This document shows, piece by piece, positions 21,233 through 31,264 of a DNA stretch of 53,482 nucleotides. The DNA is taken from positions 1-53,482 of the forward strand of contig JAZFSZ010000111.1 of NCBI GenBank assembly GCA_036446455.1. Reading direction: 5' to 3'. The notes under the pieces were generated by a model. That model was not told the DNA's origin. It was given only the letters and a program-made list of their open reading frames with translations, and did no database searches. Within the stretch, counting starts at the first letter, position 1; each line of letters starts with the position of its first letter. A program made the position numbers and the translations under genes. This DNA is from Acidiferrobacterales bacterium (GTDB lineage Bacteria > Pseudomonadota > Gammaproteobacteria > Acidiferrobacterales > JAJDNE01).

Positions 21233-22321
21233 ATGAGTTACCAGACCGACGATCTGCGTATACGCGAAATTACCGAGGTAGTGTCACCGGAACAGGTGCA
21301 TGACAAAATCCCGGTGAGCAAAAACGCACGCCGCACGATCTTTGAAACCCGACAAGTCATCCACCGGATTTTGCATGGACAGGATGATCGCCTGCTGGTT
21401 GTGGTCGGGCCCTGTTCTATTCACGATCCTGAAGCGGCCACTGAATATGCGACGCGTCTGAAGATGCTGCGGGACGAGCTCTCCAGCGATTTGCTTATCG
21501 TCATGCGCGTCTATTTTGAGAAACCGCGTACGACAGTAGGGTGGAAGGGACTGATCAACGACCCCGATCTGGACGACAGTTGCCATATAAATAAAGGATT
21601 ACATCTGGCTCGGCAGTTACTCGCCGATATCAATGATTTGGGTGTGCCCGCCGGAACGGAGTTTCTGGATCTAGTGACGCCGCAATATGTTGCAGATCTG
21701 GTGAGTTGGGGCGCCATCGGGGCTCGCACGACGGAAAGCCAGGTGCATCGCGAACTGGCGTCCGGACTATCGTGTCCGGTGGGGTTCAAAAATGGTACGG
21801 ACGGGACTTTGCGCATCGCCATCGACGCAATCCGCGCGGCCAGTGTACCGCACCGGTTTCTATCGCTTAACAAAAACGGCCATTCGGCTATTTTTTCTAC
21901 CGATGGCAACGAAGACTGCCACATTATTCTGCGTGGCGGGAAGAAACCCAACTACGATTCAGAAAGTGTCACATGTGCAATCGAAGAGGAGAAGCGTGGC
22001 GGCATTACACCGCGCTTGATGATTGATTGCAGTCATGCCAACAGCGAGAAAGATTACAAGCGTCAGATTATTGTGGGGCAGACGGTGGCCGCGCAAATTG
22101 CCGAGGGCAATACGGCGATCATCGGTACCATGATCGAATCCCACCTGCAGGCAGGTTACCAGAATGTGGTGAAAGGTAAGTCGTTGGAATACGGTAAAAG
22201 TATTACCGATGCCTGTATCAGCTGGGAACAGAGTCAACCCTTGTTGCGAGATCTGGCGAAAGCCGTACAGCAGCGCCGCGAGACTGCAGTAACAACTCAC
22301 GGTATTGAGACCACTACCTGA
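21233..22321 (+). CDS. aroG: 3-deoxy-7-phosphoheptulonate (DAHP) synthase, class I
   Basis: DDLRI, GPCSIHD, KPRTTVGWKG, GARTTESQ and DCSHANS motifs. Confidence 0.95.
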   Translation: MSYQTDDLRIREITEVVSPEQVHDKIPVSKNARRTIFETRQVIHRILHGQDDRLLVVVGPCSIHDPEAATEYATRLKMLRDELSSDLLIVMRVYFEKPRTTVGWKGLINDPDLDDSCHINKGLHLARQLLADINDLGVPAGTEFLDLVTPQYVADLVSWGAIGARTTESQVHRELASGLSCPVGFKNGTDGTLRIAIDAIRAASVPHRFLSLNKNGHSAIFSTDGNEDCHIILRGGKKPNYDSESVTCAIEEEKRGGITPRLMIDCSHANSEKDYKRQIIVGQTVAAQIAEGNTAIIGTMIESHLQAGYQNVVKGKSLEYGKSITDACISWEQSQPLLRDLAKAVQQRRETAVTTHGIETTT

Positions 22322-23293
22322 TTAATCTTTGCGGAACAGCATTTCCAGTTTGAAGTAAATTGACGGTGTATAAGCGAAGTTGTTGGCCTCGCTATAGAGT
22401 GCCTGCGGTATAATTTCAAGGAATATCCACTTGTGCTGTAACCGCCTGCGATAGCGAAGGTTAAAGCTAAAGTCTGTCGCGTGTAACGTGGCATAGTTGC
22501 CACGGACAATATACTGGTATTGCATTGCCTGCGCGCTATCCAATCGCTGAATAAAAGAGGCGTCGAATGACCAGTCGGACACCTCAGGTGCTTTTCGGAT
22601 ACTCAGGCTCAGGCGATTTCGGAACAGCAGTTTTCCAGTCAGCAGATGCTCAAGATCTGCTTGTGTGACAGCATGGGCACGTCCAGACTGATATAATGTT
22701 AATGTCTCCGCTGCCTGAAAACGCCAGCTGTTCAATTTAAAGTTACGGCGCAATCGGCCTCGCGTGAATACATCTATTGGAGCCCCGAACTGAATTCCGG
22801 CATCGGCATGGGCATACCACTTTTCACTGTGTTTGATGATATATCGCAGACCACCTGAATAGGTAGGATCGGTGATCGCACTTACCGGATCTGCACTGAA
22901 AAGACCTTGTTCCAGATCCTCATTGGCATCGCTCTCTATAACGATATTGAATCTGCTCTCCGTTCGAGGCAGGGCGATTCTTACCTGGACTGCAGAACTG
23001 AATTCAGTAGAAGCCTTTTCCTGCACCCGTGCCTGCAAGTTGATTTTTACCCAGCTACCAATGGTGTCTTCATATTCACGGTTGTCGCCAAAAAAGGCGT
23101 CTAATTTCCTGGTCAGGTAGTTCAGTGAGTATGTAACAGATAACCGGGTACGCTCCAGCGGGTCAGGTTCAGATTTGTTTTCGTCTTGTGCCAGTACGGC
23201 ATTCAAATCAAGACAAATTATTAGCATAGCAAGGAGATGGACTCTACGCGAGACCCTGGTATTTTCACTCACTGGTTTGCCATTAATGCGCAT
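22322..23293 (-). CDS. Hypothetical secreted protein, probable outer-membrane beta-barrel
   Basis: Signal-like HLLAMLIICLDLNAVLA; LDAFFGD; many amphipathic beta strands with aromatic residues. Start uncertain. Confidence 0.65.
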   Translation of the reverse strand: MRINGKPVSENTRVSRRVHLLAMLIICLDLNAVLAQDENKSEPDPLERTRLSVTYSLNYLTRKLDAFFGDNREYEDTIGSWVKINLQARVQEKASTEFSSAVQVRIALPRTESRFNIVIESDANEDLEQGLFSADPVSAITDPTYSGGLRYIIKHSEKWYAHADAGIQFGAPIDVFTRGRLRRNFKLNSWRFQAAETLTLYQSGRAHAVTQADLEHLLTGKLLFRNRLSLSIRKAPEVSDWSFDASFIQRLDSAQAMQYQYIVRGNYATLHATDFSFNLRYRRRLQHKWIFLEIIPQALYSEANNFAYTPSIYFKLEMLFRKD

Positions 23294-23566
23294 GCAGATT
23301 GCATCTCTGTCAGTGAACTTCCAGCAGGAAAGGCAGCAAATAATCCTGTAAAGGATTTTCGCCGATGCGACTACCATGAGATTTGCATATCACGATTGCA
23401 TAATGTAACAGCTGCCATTCGCGTGCAATTCGTATACACACTCAAGTCTGGTTTTTGTGTCGCGCTGACAGCAGGTAGCGTTAGCAGGCTGGTGGCGAAA
23501 ATCAACGACACATGACCAGAAGTTGCTGCTGCAATTATTCTGGACTGATTCCTTCACCCGGCCTGT

Positions 23567-24202
23567 TCAATAGAGTATCATTTTTTGTGCGGCCAGAAAG
23601 ATCATTAGTAAAGCAACCGCTTGCACAACATGATAGATGGCGTTGTGATTGAAATACCGTGGATGCAATTTTATCTTCGAACGCTGAATAATCGCGGCTG
23701 CGAGTGTCAGTATCGTGCCAGCCAGTCCGTATAGCATTTCCTGTTTGCCTGAAATGGAATAAGAAATTACAAATGCTGCGAGCATAAAAAAAACGGCGGG
23801 AAGGTAAAATATCACGGCCCAGGAAAAAGGCGGGACGCGTATTAACAGCAATAACGCGTATACCAGGAACGCGCCAATGGCCGCTGCAGTTATGACTCCA
23901 CTGACTTCCGTACCGAACAACAGCTGGGCACCAATAGCCCATATTGCGATAGTGCTGGCACCGATAGTGAGCAGTGATCCACGCCAGAAAAAGCTGCCCG
24001 CACCCAGGTGTCGGTCAGGATAGTGTCCATGCACCAGAGCGCCAAAAAACGATGCCATGCTATTGCAGGCAAAAAGGAACACAAAGGCAGTCTGGTACGG
24101 CAGGCCCCAACGACCCGTCGTGGTCAGAATGGCGACGAAAACCGCACATTCAATCGCCAGTGCGAAATCAGTCAAGGTGACGTCAGGCTCGAGCAGTTTC
24201 AC
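23567..24202 (-). CDS. Seven-TM hypothetical membrane protein (DUF6962-like)
   Basis: EPDVTLTD...GALVHG...FNHNAIYH conserved-looking His/Asp motifs; GTG start with an AGGTAGG RBS. Confidence 0.7.
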   Translation of the reverse strand: MKLLEPDVTLTDFALAIECAVFVAILTTTGRWGLPYQTAFVFLFACNSMASFFGALVHGHYPDRHLGAGSFFWRGSLLTIGASTIAIWAIGAQLLFGTEVSGVITAAAIGAFLVYALLLLIRVPPFSWAVIFYLPAVFFMLAAFVISYSISGKQEMLYGLAGTILTLAAAIIQRSKIKLHPRYFNHNAIYHVVQAVALLMIFLAAQKMILY

Positions 24203-24322
24203 TTTTTACCTACCTTTATGCCACGCTACCGTGCAGTTACCAGGCTTGCAAGTCCCGATTATCGACGTCGGTGGTGATTGCCTCCATACTATAAGCGGCA
24301 CAAAGGAAAATGGTGGAGTCAT

Positions 24323-24889
24323 TTGAAATCAGAGGCTACATCGTCGCTAAAGATACCTGTCGCCATCAGTGCTTGTTTGTTAGGCGAGCCGGTTCGTTAT
24401 GATGGCGGTGACAAATTCAACCCGCAGCTTATCGCCAGGCTGAGGCAACACTTTGTACTGGTGGCGATTTGCCCGGAAGTAGCAATCGGAATGGGTGTGC
24501 CGCGCCCCCCGATTCAACTGGTTCAGGACGCTGCCGGAGTCCGAGCTTGCGGCGTGCAAAATCCTTCACACGACATTACGGATTTACTGGCAAACTACGG
24601 TCATGATGTCGCTATTACGCAACCTGAGCTCGGTGGATACGTGCTTAAAGCACGATCACCAAGTTGTGGACTGGGGTCGACACCTTTATTTGATATCAAT
24701 GGCCATCTAATTGGAAAAACGAATGGAGTTTACACGGGTGCAATTTTAGTTGCGCTGAAAACACTGCCCATGGCTGACGAAGAGCAGCTTCGTGTGGACG
24801 CCAGTTTCCAAGAATTTGTGAAAAACGTTACTGACTATTATGTACGGCGAAGGGGAAACAGACTACGAGGGAGGAATAGTGAGAATTAA
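24323..24889 (+). CDS. DUF523 family protein (2-thiouracil desulfurase TudS-like)
   Basis: ISACLLGEPVRYDG, CPEVAIGMGVPR and KARSPSCG Fe-S Cys motifs; TTG start after GGAG. Confidence 0.85.
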   Translation: MKSEATSSLKIPVAISACLLGEPVRYDGGDKFNPQLIARLRQHFVLVAICPEVAIGMGVPRPPIQLVQDAAGVRACGVQNPSHDITDLLANYGHDVAITQPELGGYVLKARSPSCGLGSTPLFDINGHLIGKTNGVYTGAILVALKTLPMADEEQLRVDASFQEFVKNVTDYYVRRRGNRLRGRNSEN

Positions 24890-25451
24890 CCATGGAAAAT
24901 CCGGAAAGGGCCGTGTGATTGCAGGCCCAGCGATATTTTCTGCTCTGCTGGCTATATCAGCAATGGCAGACCCGGTGCTGTCAAAGGAAAGCGGTGGCAG
25001 CATGAACAACCAGAGACTTGGTAATATTGTAAAACGTCTTGACGCAAGGGCGACCGGCCAACCAGGGCATTGGCAATTATCGATCGATGGGGTCAAGCTG
25101 TCGGTGATTACGGATGAACAGGCCAATCGCATGCGCATCCTTTCTCCGATTACATCTGCGCAGGCTTTAAGCAGCAAACGCCTCTTTCGATTAATGCAGG
25201 CAAATTTTGATTCGGCGCTGGATGCTCGATACTCCATCGCAAAGAGCGTGTTGTGGTCCACCTTTATACATCCCTTGAACTCATTGAGTGGCAGAGAATT
25301 TATATCCGGTGTCGGACAAGTGGTAAATCTCAGCCAGACCTATGGCGGGAGCTATACGTCCGGGGCACTGGTATTTCGTGGTGGCGACAGTGAGACGTTG
25401 CAAAAGAGGAAGCTGATTGATCGCCTGATGGAAAAAGGCCTGGTGTTATAA
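24879..25451 (+). CDS. Secreted YbjN/T3SS-chaperone-fold-like hypothetical protein
   Basis: GAGGA RBS and GTG start; signal peptide; NRMRILSPI...LMQANFDSALDARYSI...LWSTFIHPL. Confidence 0.6.
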   Translation: MRINHGKSGKGRVIAGPAIFSALLAISAMADPVLSKESGGSMNNQRLGNIVKRLDARATGQPGHWQLSIDGVKLSVITDEQANRMRILSPITSAQALSSKRLFRLMQANFDSALDARYSIAKSVLWSTFIHPLNSLSGREFISGVGQVVNLSQTYGGSYTSGALVFRGGDSETLQKRKLIDRLMEKGLVL

Positions 25452-25861
25452 ATGCTCAATCCACCAGACTGCATCGAGATAAGGAACGGCACCACCTGAT
25501 ACCGGTAATAATGAATCCGGTGAACGCGATATGAGGAATGAAATCGCCGGGAAACAGGAATACGCTGGCGGAGCCCAAGATGGCGCCAAAGTGGGCGGCC
25601 ACGAACAGAATGCGTATACGCCAGATCTGTGTCTGCTCTGCCTGCGGTTGCAGCTTGTTAGTCTTGTGAACCGCTTCTCCTCCTCCTGACGGTTTGACTA
25701 TACCGGGTTTACGCAGAAAAACAGAAAACACCTGGCGCATGCGACTGGCCCCGTCCACGCTGTTTAGGTATAAATGTGAAACTTGTCCGGGCATGCCGGG
25801 TCACATTAGCTTTATCTGCTTTATTTATAATGGAAATTTGTATCAGGAGAGGATTCCATCC

Positions 25862-26878
25862 ATGGCAGTTTTAAATCGAATCGCCGTCCCGGCGGCAGTA
25901 TTGGTTTCCGCATTAATCTATTTCAGTTCACCCGCACAAGCGGAACGTATTCAGCGAGGTCTTTCGGTCATGGTGCTGGGCTCCGGCGGTCCAGCGGCAT
26001 ATCGTACCGCCCGTGCAAGTGCCGGCTACTTGATTTTTGTCGATCGAAAGCCACGCATCCTGCTCGATGCCGGTGGTGGCACCTACCAGCGTCTTGCCGC
26101 CAGTGGCGCCAATATCAAGGACCTGGATCTGGTCCTCCTGAGCCACCTGCATATAGATCATACGGCCGACCTCTCCCCCATGATTAAAACCATTTATTTT
26201 CACAATCGTTCCGCCGGTACATTTCGCAAGAAACCGATTCATATCATCGGCCCCGGTGCAAATTACAGAGGATTTCCCCCAGTATTGAAGGGGGCAACGG
26301 CATCGCAATTCCCCTCTACCAGTCAGTATGTGACAGGCCATTACGATCTCAATACTGGTGTGCACCGCTATCTCCATGTTTTTACGCGTGCCATTTCCGG
26401 TGGTGAATTCAATTACACCACACAGGATGTGCAACCCGATGTGCTGCAGCCGATCAAGACGGTGTACGACAAGGATGGCCTGGTGGTAAAGGCGATCGGT
26501 GTCACGCACGGGCCGGTACCGGCGCTGGCCTATCGCATTGAATACAAGGGTAAGGCATTGGTGTATTCAGGCGACACCAGTTCCAAAACCGGCAATATGA
26601 TAGCTATCGCCAAGGATGCCGATCTGCTGATCTATGATGCCGCAATTATGGATGATTTGCCGAACGGTCCCGGGCACAAGGTTTTCTTTGCCTTGCACAC
26701 CACACCAACACGCATAGGACAGGTGGCGGCCCGGGCCGGCGCCAAGGTGCTGCTGTTATCGCACATCACACCCGTAACCGGTCTGCGCTTGAGCAAGGTC
26801 AAGAAACGGGTCGAGGATCAGGGTTTTCGTGGGCGTATTGAGGTTGCCCGGGATCTGGCATTATATAATCTGCACTAA
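25862..26878 (+). CDS. Periplasmic MBL-fold hydrolase (RNase Z / AtsA arylsulfatase-like subgroup)
   Basis: Signal peptide; VLGSGGP, LLDAGGG, SHLHIDH, YSGDT, HTTP and LSHI motifs. Confidence 0.87.
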   Translation: MAVLNRIAVPAAVLVSALIYFSSPAQAERIQRGLSVMVLGSGGPAAYRTARASAGYLIFVDRKPRILLDAGGGTYQRLAASGANIKDLDLVLLSHLHIDHTADLSPMIKTIYFHNRSAGTFRKKPIHIIGPGANYRGFPPVLKGATASQFPSTSQYVTGHYDLNTGVHRYLHVFTRAISGGEFNYTTQDVQPDVLQPIKTVYDKDGLVVKAIGVTHGPVPALAYRIEYKGKALVYSGDTSSKTGNMIAIAKDADLLIYDAAIMDDLPNGPGHKVFFALHTTPTRIGQVAARAGAKVLLLSHITPVTGLRLSKVKKRVEDQGFRGRIEVARDLALYNLH

Positions 26879-26898
26879 CCGCGTATTTGTAATCGTGT

Positions 26899-26928
26899 GA
26901 GTGGAGTGATTAGCCGATCACTCCGCTT
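26899..26928 (+). terminator. Hairpin downstream of the MBL gene (possible terminator)
   Basis: GAGTGGAGTGAT-TAGCCG-ATCACTCCGCTT; weak U-tract. Confidence 0.45.
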
Positions 26929-27185
26929 GACCACTGTCAAAGCTTTACTGCAATCATTCTCTATAGTGCCGTTATGCCCGCGATTTCGCATTGGTGGGCA
27001 CGGCATGTGGGTAGAGGGACCGGCCACTGTTGCGCTCGAAATCAAATGCTATACCTAATATATTAGATATACTCGTCGTACTGAATCTGGATTATCGGAC
27101 GTGCCAGAGTCAACAGAACAATAACGGCTGAATCCCTCGATTTGTTTGCAGAATCGCGGATTGATGTGGAGCGTGTTGTACACGG

Positions 27186-30047
27186 ATGGATAATAGGACA
27201 CAAAAGGACGGGTCACTGGAAAAACGCTGGGCCTCTTCCCACCTGGCAGGAGGCAATGCGGCCTATGTAGAGCAACTCTACGAATCCTATTTACAGGATC
27301 CTGGTTCCGTTGCTGTCGAATGGCGAACCTATTTTGAGACTCTGCCAAGGGTCAATAGTGTCGGGCTGCAGGATGTTCCACATTCTGTTGTTCGTGAGAA
27401 ATTCCGGCAGTCGGCGTTGCGTAAACCGGTTATCCGGGGACTGGCGGTCTCAACCGACCCGTACCGGGTGATAAAGCAGCGCAAGGTACTGCAGCTAATC
27501 AATGCTTTCCGGTTTCGTGGCCATCAAATCGCCAGGTTTGATCCGCTCGAAGTTCGCGAAATACCGGATATTCCGGAGCTGACCTTCTCTTACCACGGCC
27601 TGACGGAGGCCGATCTGGATAGCGTATTTGATACCGGCTCTCTCGCCGGACCGGATAACGCCACACTGCGGGACATTCTGCAGATACTGCAGGCCACCTA
27701 CTGCAATTCGATCGGTATCGAGTACATGCACATTACGGACACGGAAGAAAAGCGATGGTTGCAGCAGCGGCTCGAGATTTCGCATGCCTATCCACAACTG
27801 ACAGAGAAGCTACAGCGACGCCTGCTGGAACGAACAATTGCGGCAGAAGGGCTGGAGCATTATCTCCACGCCCGGTATGTGGGACAAAAGCGTTTTTCAC
27901 TGGAAGGGGCGGAGAGCCTGATTCCATTGCTGGATACACTGATACAACGTTGCGGTCATCATGGGCTCAAGGAAGTGATCGTCGGCATGGCCCATCGCGG
28001 GCGTCTCAATGTGTTGACCAATATTATGGGCAAGAAGCCGGCAGACCTGTTTCTGGAGTTTGAGGGCAAAAACGGGCACAAAAGCAGCGGCACCGGCGAC
28101 GTGAAGTACCACATGGGTTTTTCCTCCAATATTCAGACTCCCGGCGGGCCTTTACATTTAGCGCTGGCATTCAACCCGTCTCATCTGGAAATCATCAGCC
28201 CGGTAATAGAAGGTACGGTGCATGCGCGCCAAATGCGCCGTGGCGATAAAGACGGCATCCAGGTGTTGTCCCTGCTGATTCACGGTGATGCCGCGTTTGC
28301 CGGACAGGGTGTGGTAATGGAAACCATCAATATGTCGCAGTCCCGCGGCTTCTCTACCAAGGGGACCGTGCATATCGTTATCAATAACCAGATTGGGTTT
28401 ACTACCAGCGCTCAACAGGATGCGCGTTCGACTCTCTATTGCACCGATGTCGCCAAAATGGTGGGTGCGCCCATTTTCCATATCAATGGTGACGACCCGG
28501 AGGCCGTGTACTTTGCCACCCTGATTGCTGTTGACTACCGCATGACCTTCCGCAAAGACGTAGTCATCGACCTGGTGTGTTACCGGCGCCACGGGCATAG
28601 TGAGGCTGACGAACCCATGGTGACACAACCAATGATGTATCAACGCATCAAGGAAAAGCTATCAACACCGGTTCTTTATGCGCAGACCCTGGCGCAGCGT
28701 GGTGTCGTCAGCAAAGAGGAGTCGGCACGAATGCGAGATGCCTACTGGAAGCGGCTTGAGGCCGGCGGTACCGTGGCGCTGGATATCCTGAAAGGAGGAG
28801 GTGCCCCTTATTACGAATATGCCAGTCAATGGCACAACTATGTGAACGGCGATTGCCGGTCAACTGTCGATACCACGGTTTCATTGGAGACTCTCCGGGA
28901 CCTTTGGCGGCGACTGGGTACCTTGCCGGAAGGGCTCGTATTACATCCAGCAGTTCAGAAGATAGTCGACAACCGCCGCAAGATGGCCGCCGGCGCGTTA
29001 CCGGTGGACTGGGGTTTTGCCGAGATTTCTGCTTACGCTTCCCTCGTTGAACAGGGTTATAACGTGCGTTTGTCAGGGCAAGACAGTGGCCGCGGTACCT
29101 TCTTCCATCGTCACGCCATTCTCTATAACCAGAAGGATGGCACTACTTACATCCCGTTACGAAGACTGTCCGACTCCCAGGGTACATTCGTAGTGACCAA
29201 TTCGTTACTTTCGGAAGAAGCCGTGCTGGCATTCGAGTATGGTTATGCCACAACCGATCCTGAGACGCTCACAATATGGGAAGCGCAATTCGGCGACTTT
29301 GCCAATAACGCACAAGTTGTCATCGATCAGTTTATTTCTGCCGGCGAACAAAAGTGGGATCGCTTGACTGGCCTGGTAATGTTTCTGCCGCACGGCTTTG
29401 AGGGCCAGGGGCCGGAACATTCATCAGCCCGGCTCGAGCGGTTTTTACAGCTATGCGCGCAGGAAAACATGCAGGTGTGCGTGCCCACCACTGCATCGCA
29501 AATATTTCATTTGTTGCGCCGCCAGATGATTCGCCGGTGTCGCAAACCACTGATTGTGATGACGCCCAAGAGTGGTTTACGACATCCGCTGGCAACCTCA
29601 AGCCTTGAGGATCTGACACAAGGACGATTCGAAACCTTGTTGCCGGAAGCAGGCGACATCAACCCGGATCAGGTGGAGCGCATCATCATGTGTAGCGGCA
29701 AGGTCTATTACGATCTGGTGCATCGTCGCCGCAAGGAAAAACTCGGAAATGTAGCGATTGTGCGAATAGAACAGTTGTTTCCGTTTCCCCACGAGAAAAT
29801 GACCGAGGAATTAACAAAATATAAAAACGCGAAGACATTTGTCTGGTGTCAGGAAGAGCCCAAGAATCAGGGTGCCTGGTACACGAGTCAACATCACTTG
29901 CGCGCCGCAATCGGTGATCGCGGCCAGCTGGAATACGCTGGCCGATCCACAATGGCCGCACCGGCTGTGGGTTATCCGGCGTTTCATATGCAACAATTGC
30001 ATTCGCTGGTCGAGGATGGATTGGGAATAAATAGGTCAAGGAATTAG
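27186..30047 (+). CDS. sucA: 2-oxoglutarate dehydrogenase E1
   Basis: KRFSLEG, GMAHRGRLN, GDVKYH, HGDAAFAGQG and WEAQFGDF motifs. Confidence 0.98.
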   Translation: MDNRTQKDGSLEKRWASSHLAGGNAAYVEQLYESYLQDPGSVAVEWRTYFETLPRVNSVGLQDVPHSVVREKFRQSALRKPVIRGLAVSTDPYRVIKQRKVLQLINAFRFRGHQIARFDPLEVREIPDIPELTFSYHGLTEADLDSVFDTGSLAGPDNATLRDILQILQATYCNSIGIEYMHITDTEEKRWLQQRLEISHAYPQLTEKLQRRLLERTIAAEGLEHYLHARYVGQKRFSLEGAESLIPLLDTLIQRCGHHGLKEVIVGMAHRGRLNVLTNIMGKKPADLFLEFEGKNGHKSSGTGDVKYHMGFSSNIQTPGGPLHLALAFNPSHLEIISPVIEGTVHARQMRRGDKDGIQVLSLLIHGDAAFAGQGVVMETINMSQSRGFSTKGTVHIVINNQIGFTTSAQQDARSTLYCTDVAKMVGAPIFHINGDDPEAVYFATLIAVDYRMTFRKDVVIDLVCYRRHGHSEADEPMVTQPMMYQRIKEKLSTPVLYAQTLAQRGVVSKEESARMRDAYWKRLEAGGTVALDILKGGGAPYYEYASQWHNYVNGDCRSTVDTTVSLETLRDLWRRLGTLPEGLVLHPAVQKIVDNRRKMAAGALPVDWGFAEISAYASLVEQGYNVRLSGQDSGRGTFFHRHAILYNQKDGTTYIPLRRLSDSQGTFVVTNSLLSEEAVLAFEYGYATTDPETLTIWEAQFGDFANNAQVVIDQFISAGEQKWDRLTGLVMFLPHGFEGQGPEHSSARLERFLQLCAQENMQVCVPTTASQIFHLLRRQMIRRCRKPLIVMTPKSGLRHPLATSSLEDLTQGRFETLLPEAGDINPDQVERIIMCSGKVYYDLVHRRRKEKLGNVAIVRIEQLFPFPHEKMTEELTKYKNAKTFVWCQEEPKNQGAWYTSQHHLRAAIGDRGQLEYAGRSTMAAPAVGYPAFHMQQLHSLVEDGLGINRSRN

Positions 30048-30049
30048 CC

Positions 30050-31255
30050 ATGGCAATCGAAATCAGGGTTGCGGATTTTCCGGAGTCGGTGATCGACGGC
30101 ACGATTGTGACCTGGCATAAAAAACCGGGGGATGGCGTCACGCGCGGTGAGAACCTGGTGGATATCGAAACTGACAAGGTCGTGTTTGAGACCCCGGCAC
30201 TGGAAAATGGTGTATTGACCGAGATTGTTTGCGGGGAGGGAAAAGTGGTGGTTTCCGGTCAGGTCATTGGCAACATGGAGGCCGGTGCCGCACCCGCGGA
30301 GGCACTGAAAAAGGAAGTTGTGACGGCCATGACTGTCTCGACGGTTGCGCAAGACGACGTCATTTTGACACCCTCGGCAAAGAAACTCATTTCGGAAAAT
30401 GGCCTGGATCGCCAGCAAATTTCGGGTACGGGCAAGGGTGGCCGTGTGCTGAAAGAAGACGTATTGCATTATCTGCAAGAGGCGACGCCAACACCTGCAC
30501 CCACGGCACCTGCCGATAAGACACCACCGCCTGTCCCGCCAATGGAAACTGGCGAACGCCCACAAAAAAGGGTGCCCATGACACGACTGCGCGCTCGTAT
30601 CGCCGAACGCCTGATTGAGGCACAACAGACTGCTGCCATTCTCAGCACCTTTAACGAGATTAATATGCAGCTGGTAATGGAGTTACGTTCGAGATATCGC
30701 GATCAGTTTGAAAAGCAATACGGCGTACGCCTGGGTTTCATGTCGTTTTTTGTCAAGGCGGTGGTCGAGGCATTAAAACGTTTCCCGGTAGTGAATGCAT
30801 CTATCGAAGGTAAAGATATTGTCTATCATGGCTTTTTTGATATTGGTGTTGCCGTCGGTTCGCCGCGCGGTCTGGTTGTGCCGGTACTTCGTGATGCCGA
30901 TACCCTGTCAATGGCCAGTATCGAAGCTAGCATCAAGACCTTTGGCGAAAAGGCGCAAAACGGTTCACTGTCCATGGAAGAGATCACCGGCGGTACCTTC
31001 ACCATCACCAACGGTGGTGTATTTGGGTCACTGCTTTCCACGCCGATTCTTAATCCACCGCAGAGCGGAATTCTGGGGATGCATAAAATTGAACAGCGCC
31101 CGGTAGTGGAAGACGGCGAGATTGTTGCTCGTCCCATGATGTATGTCGCCCTGTCATATGACCATCGCATCGTCGATGGACGCGACGCCGTGCAGTTCCT
31201 GATGACCGTCAAAGAGGTCCTGGAGGACCCGGCAAGCCTGATACTGGGTGTCTGA
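30050..31255 (+). CDS. sucB: Dihydrolipoamide succinyltransferase E2
   Basis: Lipoyl ETDKV; GTGKGGRVLKED; LSYDHRIVDG. Confidence 0.98.
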   Translation: MAIEIRVADFPESVIDGTIVTWHKKPGDGVTRGENLVDIETDKVVFETPALENGVLTEIVCGEGKVVVSGQVIGNMEAGAAPAEALKKEVVTAMTVSTVAQDDVILTPSAKKLISENGLDRQQISGTGKGGRVLKEDVLHYLQEATPTPAPTAPADKTPPPVPPMETGERPQKRVPMTRLRARIAERLIEAQQTAAILSTFNEINMQLVMELRSRYRDQFEKQYGVRLGFMSFFVKAVVEALKRFPVVNASIEGKDIVYHGFFDIGVAVGSPRGLVVPVLRDADTLSMASIEASIKTFGEKAQNGSLSMEEITGGTFTITNGGVFGSLLSTPILNPPQSGILGMHKIEQRPVVEDGEIVARPMMYVALSYDHRIVDGRDAVQFLMTVKEVLEDPASLILGV

Positions 31256-31264
31256 AGGTGGACA

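Noticed and set aside
24879-25451. Evidence of a type III secretion system
   Set aside because: Only a fold-level resemblance to T3SS chaperones; the protein has a signal peptide and no T3SS genes are nearby.
25456-25794. Small minus-strand ORF with a hydrophobic C-terminal half
   Set aside because: No convincing start codon next to the RBS-like GGAGGAGG and no recognisable family; it may be a tiny membrane protein but is unsupported.
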